From: Treponemataceae bacterium
GTDB lineage: Bacteria; Spirochaetota; Spirochaetia; Treponematales; Rectinemataceae
Length of the DNA stretch: 18,356 bases
Assembly (NCBI GenBank): GCA_963667725.2
Contig: CAXXHO010000008.1
Location: forward strand, 1 to 18,356
Direction: 5' to 3'
Below are positions 7,681 to 15,241 of the stretch, piece after piece (positions within the stretch are counted from its first letter, which is position 1; the number at the start of each line of letters is the position of its first letter). Under the pieces are notes generated by a model. It searched no databases, was not told the DNA's origin, and saw only the letters and a program-made list of their open reading frames with translations. The position numbers were made by a program, and so were the translations under genes.

Positions 7681-8538
7681 CTAGGCAAAGAGCGTCTCCA
7701 TTTCCGCGCGCTCGGCGAAAGCGGCCATCGCGGCGTCGGAGGGTTTGGACGGATTTTTCGAAGCCTCCTCGACGATGGTCCTGAAGACATGAATATCGCC
7801 CGCGCTGTTGACGAAGGATCCATCCAGGCCCCAGGCGAAGCCCAGGGCGGCGGCGAGGTCGGCGGGCTCTTTCAGCGGCTCGTACCAAGTGGCGCTGGTA
7901 CGGGGCCTTTCGCCCCAGGGTTTTCGCAGGAAAGCCTTTATGAGCTGGTAGGCGACTTTTCGCCCGCGGCACTCGTCTATGAGTTCGCCGACGGCCGATG
8001 CGTAGCCCGGATTCCGCGACAAAGGCCAGTTCCAGGGGAAAAGCACGGAATCGAAATCGAAACGGCGCAGGCTGCGCAAATGCATGGCCGGAGCGTTCAG
8101 GCCGTGGCCCGTCACGCCGAGGAAACGGACTTTGCCGCTTTTCCTGGCTTCCACGAAAGCCTCGAGTGCGCCGCTCTCTCCCATGGCCTTCTCCCATTCA
8201 TCCTCTTCGACGAGGACATGCATCTGCCACAGGTCCACGTGGTCGGTGCCGAGCCTTGCGAGCGAAGTTTCCAGCTCGGCGAGGGCTTCCATTTTCGTGC
8301 GCATCTGCGTCTTCGTCGCCAAGAAGACTTCGTCGCGGTGAGATTTGAGCCAGGGTTCCATTCTCTCCTCGGCGTTGCCATAGCTCGCCGCCACATCGAA
8401 ATGGTTGAGGCCCGCCTCAAGCGCCAGGCCGAGCGTCTCGTCCGCTTCGCGCCGCGTGACGGTGCCCAGCGCCGCCGCGCCGAATATCAAACGGGAAGAC
8501 TGGTGGCCTGTGCGGCCGAACTCTTGTTGTGGTATCAT
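7681..8538 (-). CDS. Aldo/keto reductase
   Basis: FGRTG..SSRLIFG, NHFDVAASYG (catalytic Asp/Tyr), FLATK (Lys), SLARLGTDHVDLWQMH (His) and GKVRFLGVT. SD AGGAGG. Confidence 0.9.
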   Translation of the reverse strand: MIPQQEFGRTGHQSSRLIFGAAALGTVTRREADETLGLALEAGLNHFDVAASYGNAEERMEPWLKSHRDEVFLATKTQMRTKMEALAELETSLARLGTDHVDLWQMHVLVEEDEWEKAMGESGALEAFVEARKSGKVRFLGVTGHGLNAPAMHLRSLRRFDFDSVLFPWNWPLSRNPGYASAVGELIDECRGRKVAYQLIKAFLRKPWGERPRTSATWYEPLKEPADLAAALGFAWGLDGSFVNSAGDIHVFRTIVEEASKNPSKPSDAAMAAFAERAEMETLFA

Positions 8539-8581
8539 GGAAGCCTCCTATATCAATCATGGCAGCATGCCGGAGGGAAAT

Positions 8582-9454
8582 GTGCGCGTTCTCGATTTCG
8601 GTTCCCTGAATATAGACTATGTTTATAAGGTAGACAATTTTCTTAAGCCCGGCGAGACAAAATCGGCTCAGTCGCTCACGGTTTTCGCGGGAGGAAAGGG
8701 ACTCAACCAGGCCTTGGCGCTCGCGAGAGCCGGGGTCAAGGTGGCCCAGGCGGGTAAAGTGGGCGGAGAAGGCGCTTTCCTCGTCGAAAAGCTGAAAGCC
8801 GCGGGCGTCGACACGAGCCGCATCGAGACATCGAGTCTCGCGACGGGCCACACGATCATCCAGGTGGACGACGCGGGAAGAAACTGCATCCTTTTATTCG
8901 GCGGCGCAAACCGCGACATAGACGCCGCCTGCATCGAAAGGGCCCTCGTCGGCTTCGGCAGGGGCGACCTTCTCCTTCTACAGAACGAGATAACGTCCAT
9001 CGCCTCGATCATGAGGGCGGCGAAGGCCCGCGGCATGACCATCGTCATGAATCCTTCGCCCTACGACGGCAACATCGTGACCTACCCCCTGGAACTGATC
9101 GACATCTTCATGCTGAACGAGATCGAGGTGGTGGACCTGGCGGGAGGCGGCGAACCGGAAGCGGCGGCCTGGGCGCTCGGCAAGCGCTTCCCCGAGGCCA
9201 GGATCGTCGTGACGCTGGGCGCGGAAGGTTCGCTTTGCATAGAAAAGGGCAGCCTGATAAGGCAGAAAGCGTACAGGGTAAAGGCCGTGGACACGACCGC
9301 CGCTGGCGACACCTTTACGGGCTATTTTCTCGCCGGCCTCCTCGAAGGCATGGATACGAGCAAGGCCCTCGACCTGGGCGCCAGGGCGGCATCGATCTGC
9401 GTCACGCGGATGGGCGCGGCCGACTCGGTGCCGCTGCGCGCGGAAGTGAAGTAA
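8582..9454 (+). CDS. rbsK: Ribokinase (PfkB family)
   Basis: GSLNID, GGKGLNQA, GAN, LLQNE, NEIE and VDTTAAGDTF PfkB signature. Start placed at GTG 8582 after SD GGAGGG; the ORF track start at 8405 overlaps the AKR gene. Confidence 0.88.
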   Translation: MRVLDFGSLNIDYVYKVDNFLKPGETKSAQSLTVFAGGKGLNQALALARAGVKVAQAGKVGGEGAFLVEKLKAAGVDTSRIETSSLATGHTIIQVDDAGRNCILLFGGANRDIDAACIERALVGFGRGDLLLLQNEITSIASIMRAAKARGMTIVMNPSPYDGNIVTYPLELIDIFMLNEIEVVDLAGGGEPEAAAWALGKRFPEARIVVTLGAEGSLCIEKGSLIRQKAYRVKAVDTTAAGDTFTGYFLAGLLEGMDTSKALDLGARAASICVTRMGAADSVPLRAEVK

Positions 9455-9522
9455 AGCGAAGTGAGGCGAGTGCGCCGTGCCGATACGAGGGCGCCGAACC
9501 GAAATCTAGGCGCGGCGTCTTC

Positions 9523-9978
9523 TCACTTCTTGCTGTCGAACTTGTCGGATTTTTTGTCCACCCACTCGCCGGCCGCCACCGCCGCGTCCTCGATCGTCTG
9601 GATGATGGCTTTCAGGAGCTTTTCGCCGGCTTTTCCCATGCGGTAAAAACCTTTGGCAGCGTCGTTCTTGCAAATCTTCGCCGCTTGGGTGATGGCGTTC
9701 TTGTACTGCTCGTCGGTCATCTTTTTCACGGCGTCCTTGAGGGGAGCGCCATCCTTCGCGTAACCGAACTTGACAGCATAGTAGGCCATGACCATGTCGG
9801 CTATGGCCTCTTCCTCGAAATTCAGCTTGCCTCCCACTATTTTCGCGATATCGTGAGCCGGATTCCTCGTCCTGAACCAGAGGAAATCGCCGAAAGCGCC
9901 GCTCACCGCCAGGGCGAACAGAAGGATGAGCGAAATCCTCCGCTTGAACCCCGCGGAAAAGAAAATGCGCGTCTTCAT
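9523..9978 (-). CDS. Hypothetical exported protein, last gene of the nqr-like operon
   Basis: Basic N-region, hydrophobic core and AFG cleavage-like site (Sec signal), then a Lys/Ala-rich helical body. ATGA overlap with the upstream gene. Confidence 0.7.
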   Translation of the reverse strand: MKTRIFFSAGFKRRISLILLFALAVSGAFGDFLWFRTRNPAHDIAKIVGGKLNFEEEAIADMVMAYYAVKFGYAKDGAPLKDAVKKMTDEQYKNAITQAAKICKNDAAKGFYRMGKAGEKLLKAIIQTIEDAAVAAGEWVDKKSDKFDSKK

Positions 9979-10451
9979 TCGGATACCGCCATCTTCTTCA
10001 GCAGCTCGGGCTCGAGCCTGAAGGGCGAGCCCCTTCCCTGGCAGAAGTGGTGGACGCGGAGGAGGTGAATGGACAGATCGGAAAAGACGAGCATGTCCTC
10101 GCCTTCGACGCAGGATTCGGGAGACTGATCGGCCGCCCTGACGCTCACCGCGTTCTTGTGAAAGAGTCCGTCATTATAGGGGCAGGGCAGCATGCCGCGG
10201 GCGTCGCCCGTCTGGACGAGAAATTTTCCCAGGGTGATAGGTTCGCCGAGCCCGCGCTCTCCCGCCGCCCTAAGTTTTTCCAGGCCCGACGCCACCGTCT
10301 CGAAATCCAGGCCCAGCCTCGCGAACTCCGCTTCGTCTTCGGCGATTATCTCCTCGGGCGGCCTTATGTCGTTTCCGAGAAAACCCTGGATCGTGATGAC
10401 GCCCGGACGCATTCTTTCAAACGCCTTTATTTCGGCAGGTCTCAATTTCAT
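9975..10451 (-). CDS. Hypothetical cytoplasmic protein with Cys/His motifs, directly downstream of nqrF
   Basis: SD GAGGGAG, 12 nt after the nqrF stop. Motifs GFLGND, LPCPY and SIHLLRVHHFCQGRGSPFRLEP; no TM segment. Confidence 0.78.
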   Translation of the reverse strand: MKLRPAEIKAFERMRPGVITIQGFLGNDIRPPEEIIAEDEAEFARLGLDFETVASGLEKLRAAGERGLGEPITLGKFLVQTGDARGMLPCPYNDGLFHKNAVSVRAADQSPESCVEGEDMLVFSDLSIHLLRVHHFCQGRGSPFRLEPELLKKMAVSE

Positions 10452-10463
10452 GGTACATCTCCC

Positions 10464-11582
10464 TCACGCGAACTTATCAAAGTATATCTTGTCTTCCGTG
10501 AGTCCGTTGCGCTTCATCACGTTTATGCACGCGTTTATCATCCCCGGCGAACCGCAGAGATACCCTTCCAGCCCCTTCGCTCTGTCGACATTCCCCTGGA
10601 GATAGCGATCCAGCACGTCGGTGATGAGGCCTACCTCGCCCTTCCAGTTTTCCTCGGGCTTGGGTTCGGACAGGGCGGGAACGAAGTGGAAGCGCGGCCA
10701 GCTCGCCGAGAGCGCCGCCATCTCGTCCAGATAGAACATGTCCTTCGTCGTCCTCGCGCCGAAGAAATACCAAATCTCCTTCTCGGGGAAGGCGCCCGTT
10801 TCATGCATGTGGTTGAGCATGCTCTTGAAAGGCGCCATGCCCGAGCCGCCGGCCACGCAGATCATGGAGGCGGGCGTGTCGTGGATGCGGAACTCGCCGA
10901 AAGGTCCCACGACTTCCACCGTGTCGCCTTCCTTGAGGAACTTGTGAACCCAGGTTGTGGCTATGCCGCCGGGCACGAGACGCACGAGGAGTTCCACGTG
11001 CTTCGTGTCGCCGGGACACGATGACATGGAATAGGCACGCTGGGCGCTCTCCGTCATGTCGCCGTAGGGCGGAACCACAAGCTGGACGTACTGCCCGGCC
11101 TGGAACTCGATCGTCTGCCCATCGATGGAGAGAAGAATTTCCTTTATATCGTAAGTGAGGTCCTTGATGCTTTCGACGCGCGTCTTGAATTTCTTGATGC
11201 TGAAAAGTTCCTCTGGAAGCTCGATAGCGAGATCCTTGCGGACCTTGATTTGACAGGCGAGGCGAATGTTGTCCTCTATATCCCTGGGGGACATGTAGGG
11301 CATCTCCGTGGGCAGGTGAGGGCCAACGTCGGTGATGACCTTGCATTTGCAGGCGCCGCAGGAACCCCTGCCGCCGCAGGCCGAGGGAACGAATATGCCT
11401 TCGGCGCCGAGGGTCCCGAGGAGGGCGGAACCGCCTTTCACCGTGAGCTCTTTTTTCCCTCCATTGATGGAAATCTTGAGCTGGCCGTAATTGTTGAGAA
11501 ATTTGTCCAGGATCGCGATGACGAGGGCCAGGAAGGTCGATATTCCGGCGACCGTGAGCGGACCTACGAGAATCGGGCTCAT
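10464..11582 (-). CDS. nqrF: NqrF-like NADH-oxidising subunit (TM anchor, 2Fe-2S, FAD, NAD domains)
   Basis: N-terminal TM helix, SACGGRGSCGAC...RLACQ (2Fe-2S), RAYS (FAD), GGSGMAP, FGAR, ALSEP, YLCGSP and terminal FDKF. Confidence 0.85.
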   Translation of the reverse strand: MSPILVGPLTVAGISTFLALVIAILDKFLNNYGQLKISINGGKKELTVKGGSALLGTLGAEGIFVPSACGGRGSCGACKCKVITDVGPHLPTEMPYMSPRDIEDNIRLACQIKVRKDLAIELPEELFSIKKFKTRVESIKDLTYDIKEILLSIDGQTIEFQAGQYVQLVVPPYGDMTESAQRAYSMSSCPGDTKHVELLVRLVPGGIATTWVHKFLKEGDTVEVVGPFGEFRIHDTPASMICVAGGSGMAPFKSMLNHMHETGAFPEKEIWYFFGARTTKDMFYLDEMAALSASWPRFHFVPALSEPKPEENWKGEVGLITDVLDRYLQGNVDRAKGLEGYLCGSPGMINACINVMKRNGLTEDKIYFDKFA

Positions 11583-11592
11583 GTTTCGCTCC

Positions 11593-12192
11593 TCACTGCA
11601 CGGCTATCATGCCGGAAAAGCCGATGAACGCCATGGCCATGAAGCCGATGGTGATGAGGGTGATGCCCGTGCCTTTCAAGCCCGCGGGGATGGCGTTGTT
11701 CTTGTCCAGCTTCGTGCGGATGGAGGCGAGGAGCATGATCGACAGCCACCAGCCTGCGCCCGAGCCGAAGCCGAAAACGACGGCCTGAACGAAATTGTAA
11801 TTGCGGATCTGCATGAAGAGAATGACGCCCAGGACGGCGCAGTTGACCGTGATGAGAGGAAGGAATATTCCCAGGGCCATATAGAGAGAGGGCGAAAAAC
11901 GATCGATAATCATCTCGAGCATCTGCACGACGCCTGCGATCACGATAATGAAGATTATAAAGGAGAGATACTCGATCCCGAGGGGCTTGATGACGAAATA
12001 CAAGACTGCCCAGCAGATCGCCGAACATAGTCCGATGACCATGGTGACGGCTATGCCCAGGCCCATCGAACTCTTGAAGTCCTTGGAAATCGAGATGAAG
12101 GAGCAGGTCCCCAGGAAGTTGGCGAGGAGGATGTTGCTCGTGAGGATGCTCGCGAGGAAAAGCGAAAGTAATCCTACATTGGGTGCGTTCAT
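11593..12192 (-). CDS. nqrE: NqrE (RnfA-family) membrane subunit
   Basis: FLGTCS and GIFLPLITVNCA carry the two Cys ligands of the intramembrane Fe-S centre. The C-terminus IPAGLKGTGITLIT.GFMAMAFIGFSG is NqrE-like. Confidence 0.85.
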   Translation of the reverse strand: MNAPNVGLLSLFLASILTSNILLANFLGTCSFISISKDFKSSMGLGIAVTMVIGLCSAICWAVLYFVIKPLGIEYLSFIIFIIVIAGVVQMLEMIIDRFSPSLYMALGIFLPLITVNCAVLGVILFMQIRNYNFVQAVVFGFGSGAGWWLSIMLLASIRTKLDKNNAIPAGLKGTGITLITIGFMAMAFIGFSGMIAVQ

Positions 12193-12193
12193 G

Positions 12194-12811
12194 TCACTTT
12201 GTTCCTTTCTTTTTCGCTTCGGCCTTGGCCTTGTAGGTGTTGGCGGCCCAGAGCGCCATGGCCACGAGGAAGAACGCCGATGGCGCCATCACCATGATCG
12301 TCCAAGGCGTAAAGCCTTCGCCCATGAACTTGATCCCGAAGAACGAGCCGAAACCAAAGAATTCGCGGATGACGGCGATGCAGACGAGAACCCATCCGTA
12401 CCCCAAGCCGTTCGCTATGCCATCGATGAAGGAAGCTCCCGGCTTGTTGGCCGCGGCGAAGGCCTCGGCTCTTCCCATCAGGATGCAGTTCGTGATGATA
12501 AGGCCGACGTAGGGACCCAGCTGCTTGGAGATGGCCGGCTGGTAAGCCCTGAGCAGTATGTCGATGATGATGACATAGAAAGAAAGCACGAGTACCTGGA
12601 CTATCATGCGTACTTTGCGCGGGATGAGATCCTTGAGGAGGGAGAGGGTCCAGCTTCCCATGGCCGTGGCAAAGGTCACGCCAAGCACCATGATCAGGGT
12701 GTTGCGGAGATTGTTGGTGACGGCGAGGGTGGAGCAGATGCCGAGAACCTGGACGAAAATTGGATTGTTCGTCCAGAGACCATCCTTCATGATTTTGCGC
12801 GCGGGGCTCAT
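12194..12811 (-). CDS. nqrD: NqrD (RnfE-family) membrane subunit
   Basis: NNPIFVQVLGICSTLAVT and ISKQL..YVGLIITNCILMGRAEAFA follow NqrD closely, with both Cys retained. Confidence 0.87.
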   Translation of the reverse strand: MSPARKIMKDGLWTNNPIFVQVLGICSTLAVTNNLRNTLIMVLGVTFATAMGSWTLSLLKDLIPRKVRMIVQVLVLSFYVIIIDILLRAYQPAISKQLGPYVGLIITNCILMGRAEAFAAANKPGASFIDGIANGLGYGWVLVCIAVIREFFGFGSFFGIKFMGEGFTPWTIMVMAPSAFFLVAMALWAANTYKAKAEAKKKGTK

Positions 12812-13437
12812 AGGCTGCCTCCGATTTCTTTTACCGTCGCGAGGGCCTTCGCGACGAGCGTCTGGACAAAGTCCGAGGTCCGGCTCGCGCCCGTTATCGC
12901 GTCGACCTTCGAGTTTTCCTTGTCGGGATCGCCCTTTCCCGAACCTTGCGCGACGGTCACTTTCCCGTCGCTCCCGACTTTTTCGCCCTTGAACTGGTCA
13001 GTGAACCATGCTTCCCCTATGCGGCCGCCCAGTCCGGGCGTTTCCTGCTGGTCGAGCATTTCGAGTCCGCGTATGCGTTCCGCCTTGGGATCGGCGGCAA
13101 GGATGGCGGTTATCGGTCCCCAGAGACCGGGATTCGTGATTTTTACGGCCACGTAAGCGGCGCCATCGATAGTCGAGCCGTAGGCGGCCATGCCCGGCGC
13201 GGGTTCGGGGAGTTCCTTTACCTGGCTCGAATAGGTGCTTTCCACCTCCGCTTTCGAGGTTTCCGGACCGGCCAGGTCGAGGGCCTTGAGGACGGCGTAA
13301 TGGGACGCGTAGCTCTGGTTGGCCTTCACCCGCGGGAGGGTGATTTGGTTCGCCGCGGCGAGGAGGACGACGAAGGCTGAACAGACGACAAAGGTGAATA
13401 CGATGACGTAGCCGATGGATTCCTTTTTAAGCTTCAT
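12808..13437 (-). CDS. nqrC: NqrC (RnfG-family) FMN-binding subunit
   Basis: True start is MKLKKESIGY at 13437 (ATGA overlap with the nqrB stop); the 470-aa track ORF has a spurious N-terminal extension. One TM helix, GLWGPI, ETPGLGGRI and flavinylation motif VDAITGAS. Confidence 0.85.
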   Translation of the reverse strand: MKLKKESIGYVIVFTFVVCSAFVVLLAAANQITLPRVKANQSYASHYAVLKALDLAGPETSKAEVESTYSSQVKELPEPAPGMAAYGSTIDGAAYVAVKITNPGLWGPITAILAADPKAERIRGLEMLDQQETPGLGGRIGEAWFTDQFKGEKVGSDGKVTVAQGSGKGDPDKENSKVDAITGASRTSDFVQTLVAKALATVKEIGGSL

Positions 13438-14360
13438 GCGGCGCTCCCCTTTTTCTCCGCGACGGCCGGTTTCTTTATCGAATCGACGGCGATGTCGATG
13501 AGGCTCGCGAAGGTGTTGCCGAAGAGGATGGCGAAACTCGTGCCTTCCGGAAAAGCCGAAAAGGTTCGGATGACGACGGCGGTGATACCTATCAGGGCGC
13601 CGTAGACGTAGTGGGAAGGCTGGCGCTTGGGCGCCGAGATGGGATCGGTGGCCATGAAAACGGTGACGAAGAGGAAGGAGCCGGCGAGAAGGCTTTCCAT
13701 GGGGAGGGCCTGAGGGACGCCGCCGTAATAGAGGGCCGCGTTGAGGGCGGCGGCGGCGGCGATCGAGGATAGGATGATGCGCCAGCTGGCCGTCTTGGTG
13801 GCGATGAGGTAGATCGCCGCCGCGCCCACGAGGAGCGCCATGCCCTCTCCCATCGCCCCCGGGCGTTGGCCGAGAAGGAGGTTCAGGATGTCGACGCTCT
13901 GGCCTGAACGCATGAGGCCGAGGGGGGTGGCCGAAGCCACGACATCGACCGTGCCCAAGCCGAATCCGCCGAACGTGGAATAGGAAGCGGAGAGCACGAT
14001 GGCGAAGGATATATAGACAAAGGCGCGTCCCGCTATCGCCGGATTGAAGATGTTCTTGCCGAAGCCGCCATAGACGCCCTTGGCCAGGGCGGTGGCGAAA
14101 ACGATGCCTACGCCAAGAATCCAGAGCGGCGTCGCAGGCGGAAAGGCGAGGGCATAGAGAGCGCAGGTTATCAGGATAGCCTCGCTGACTTTTCCCGATT
14201 TTTTCCTCTCGAAGACCCACTCGGTGCCGATTCCCAGGATGAAGACCACAGCCGCCGAAAGAAGGACTTTATAGCCATACATCCAGATCGAATAGAGGTA
14301 GATCGGCACGAGAGCGTATAGGACTCTGCGCATCATCGGCTGTTTCAGGAATTTCACCAC
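13434..14360 (-). CDS. nqrB: NqrB (RnfD-family) membrane subunit, short form
   Basis: YGGFGKNIFNPA..GRAF, DVVASATPL (FMN-Thr), PGAMGE, FMATDPISAP, FPEG and FASLID. GTG start with SD AAGGAGG. Confidence 0.85.
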   Translation of the reverse strand: MVKFLKQPMMRRVLYALVPIYLYSIWMYGYKVLLSAAVVFILGIGTEWVFERKKSGKVSEAILITCALYALAFPPATPLWILGVGIVFATALAKGVYGGFGKNIFNPAIAGRAFVYISFAIVLSASYSTFGGFGLGTVDVVASATPLGLMRSGQSVDILNLLLGQRPGAMGEGMALLVGAAAIYLIATKTASWRIILSSIAAAAALNAALYYGGVPQALPMESLLAGSFLFVTVFMATDPISAPKRQPSHYVYGALIGITAVVIRTFSAFPEGTSFAILFGNTFASLIDIAVDSIKKPAVAEKKGSAA

Positions 14361-14381
14361 GGCTGAGCTCCTCCTTTACGT

Positions 14382-14410
14382 AGAGTAGTATAGGCAATCG
14401 TTATTTGCAA
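14382..14410 (-). promoter_or_regulatory. Putative sigma70 promoter of the nqrBCDEF operon
   Basis: Minus strand TTGCAA-17 nt-TACTCT, with an overlapping alternative -10 TATACT, just upstream of the SD in an AT-rich divergent intergenic region. Confidence 0.5.
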
Positions 14411-14485
14411 TTTGTATATGAACCGAAATTTTGATTAATTGATGCGGATTTTTCTTCCAGGCTCTGGGCAGGAGGTTTTTTCCGC

Positions 14486-14514
14486 TTGACCCATTCACTG
14501 TTAGCGGCAAGAAT
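14486..14514 (+). promoter_or_regulatory. Putative sigma70 promoter of the B3/B4 gene
   Basis: TTGACC-17 nt-AAGAAT upstream of SD GGGAG and ATG 14533. Confidence 0.4.
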
Positions 14515-14532
14515 CCCATGGGGAGAGAAAGC

Positions 14533-15207
14533 ATGGAAACCATTCTGTCATTCGAGGAAGACGCAAGCCTGGATGGGCTGCGAATCGGGCTCGTGGAAGC
14601 GAGAGGCCTTCGCTGGGCCGCGACGCCGGCCGGCGGGCAATTCCTGGCCGCCATCGCGGAAGCGAAAACGAGAGGGGAGGCCCTCATCTCCCCCACCCGC
14701 AAATCCGCCGTGCGCGCCATGCTTCGTTACGGCGCCTACAAACCCGCCGGCCGCGGCAAGCCATCGAGCGAGTATCTCCTCCAGGCAGCCCTCGACGATG
14801 ATTTTCCCGCCGTCAACTTCTTCGTCGACGCGGCCAACATCGTCAGCCTCCTTTCGGGCTATCCCATCAGCATCCTGGACCTGGATAAATCCGGGTATCA
14901 CCTCCTCCTGCGAAGGGGAAGGGCAGGCGAGAACTATGTCTTCAATGCCGGCGGCCAGACGATAGAGCTCGCCGACCTCCTCTGCGTCTGCAGGCAGGCG
15001 GGCGAAGACTTCTTCCCTACCGCCAACCCGGTCAGGGACTCCATGGCCACGAAAATCTTTCCCGGCGCCAAAACCATCGCCGCCGTACTCTACGCGCCCG
15101 CTGGAGCCGAAGGCCGGGACCTCGAATCGGCCTGCGCGAAACTCGCGGCCTATCTCTGGGAATCGGCCGAAAGCGCGGAATGGAGGGTAGTGGAAGCCGA
15201 ACGCTAG
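14533..15207 (+). CDS. Stand-alone B3/B4 (PheRS beta editing-like) domain protein
   Basis: VRAMLRYGAYKPAGRGKPSSEYLL...FPAVNFFVDAANIVSLLSGYPISILDLDK...LRRGRAGE resembles the B3/4 pattern. Start placed at ATG 14533 after SD (ORF track 14518). Confidence 0.75.
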   Translation: METILSFEEDASLDGLRIGLVEARGLRWAATPAGGQFLAAIAEAKTRGEALISPTRKSAVRAMLRYGAYKPAGRGKPSSEYLLQAALDDDFPAVNFFVDAANIVSLLSGYPISILDLDKSGYHLLLRRGRAGENYVFNAGGQTIELADLLCVCRQAGEDFFPTANPVRDSMATKIFPGAKTIAAVLYAPAGAEGRDLESACAKLAAYLWESAESAEWRVVEAER

Positions 15208-15241
15208 ACCTTCACGGCTTTCCTCGATACCATTCGCCCCA

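Noticed and set aside
7624..8628. 334-aa plus-strand ORF
   Set aside because: Antisense shadow of the aldo/keto reductase, common in high-GC coding DNA; no recognisable motifs.
10047..13156. Long plus-strand ORFs (325 aa at 10047, 402 aa at 11948 and others)
   Set aside because: Antisense shadows of the nqr-like genes.
12808..14220. 470-aa ORF suggesting a long NqrC fusion
   Set aside because: The N-terminal 261 codons are an alternative frame over nqrB with Arg/His/Pro-rich nonsense composition. The real NqrC starts at 13437 with an ATGA overlap.
1127..14360. OFOR, polyferredoxin and the Nqr-like complex as one functional gene cluster
   Set aside because: They are three separate transcription units interleaved with unrelated housekeeping genes. 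The Nqr-like complex has no ferredoxin-input (RnfB) subunit, so a link is unsupported without synteny data.
10464..14360. Annotation as a standard Rnf complex
   Set aside because: No RnfC or RnfB is present, the D/E/C subunit motifs follow Nqr patterns, and the last subunit is an FAD/2Fe-2S NADH reductase.
14394..14410. GCAA-N7-TTGC partial palindrome as a Fur- or LacI-type operator of the nqr operon
   Set aside because: Only 4 bp of symmetry, mostly explained by the TTGCAA -35 element.
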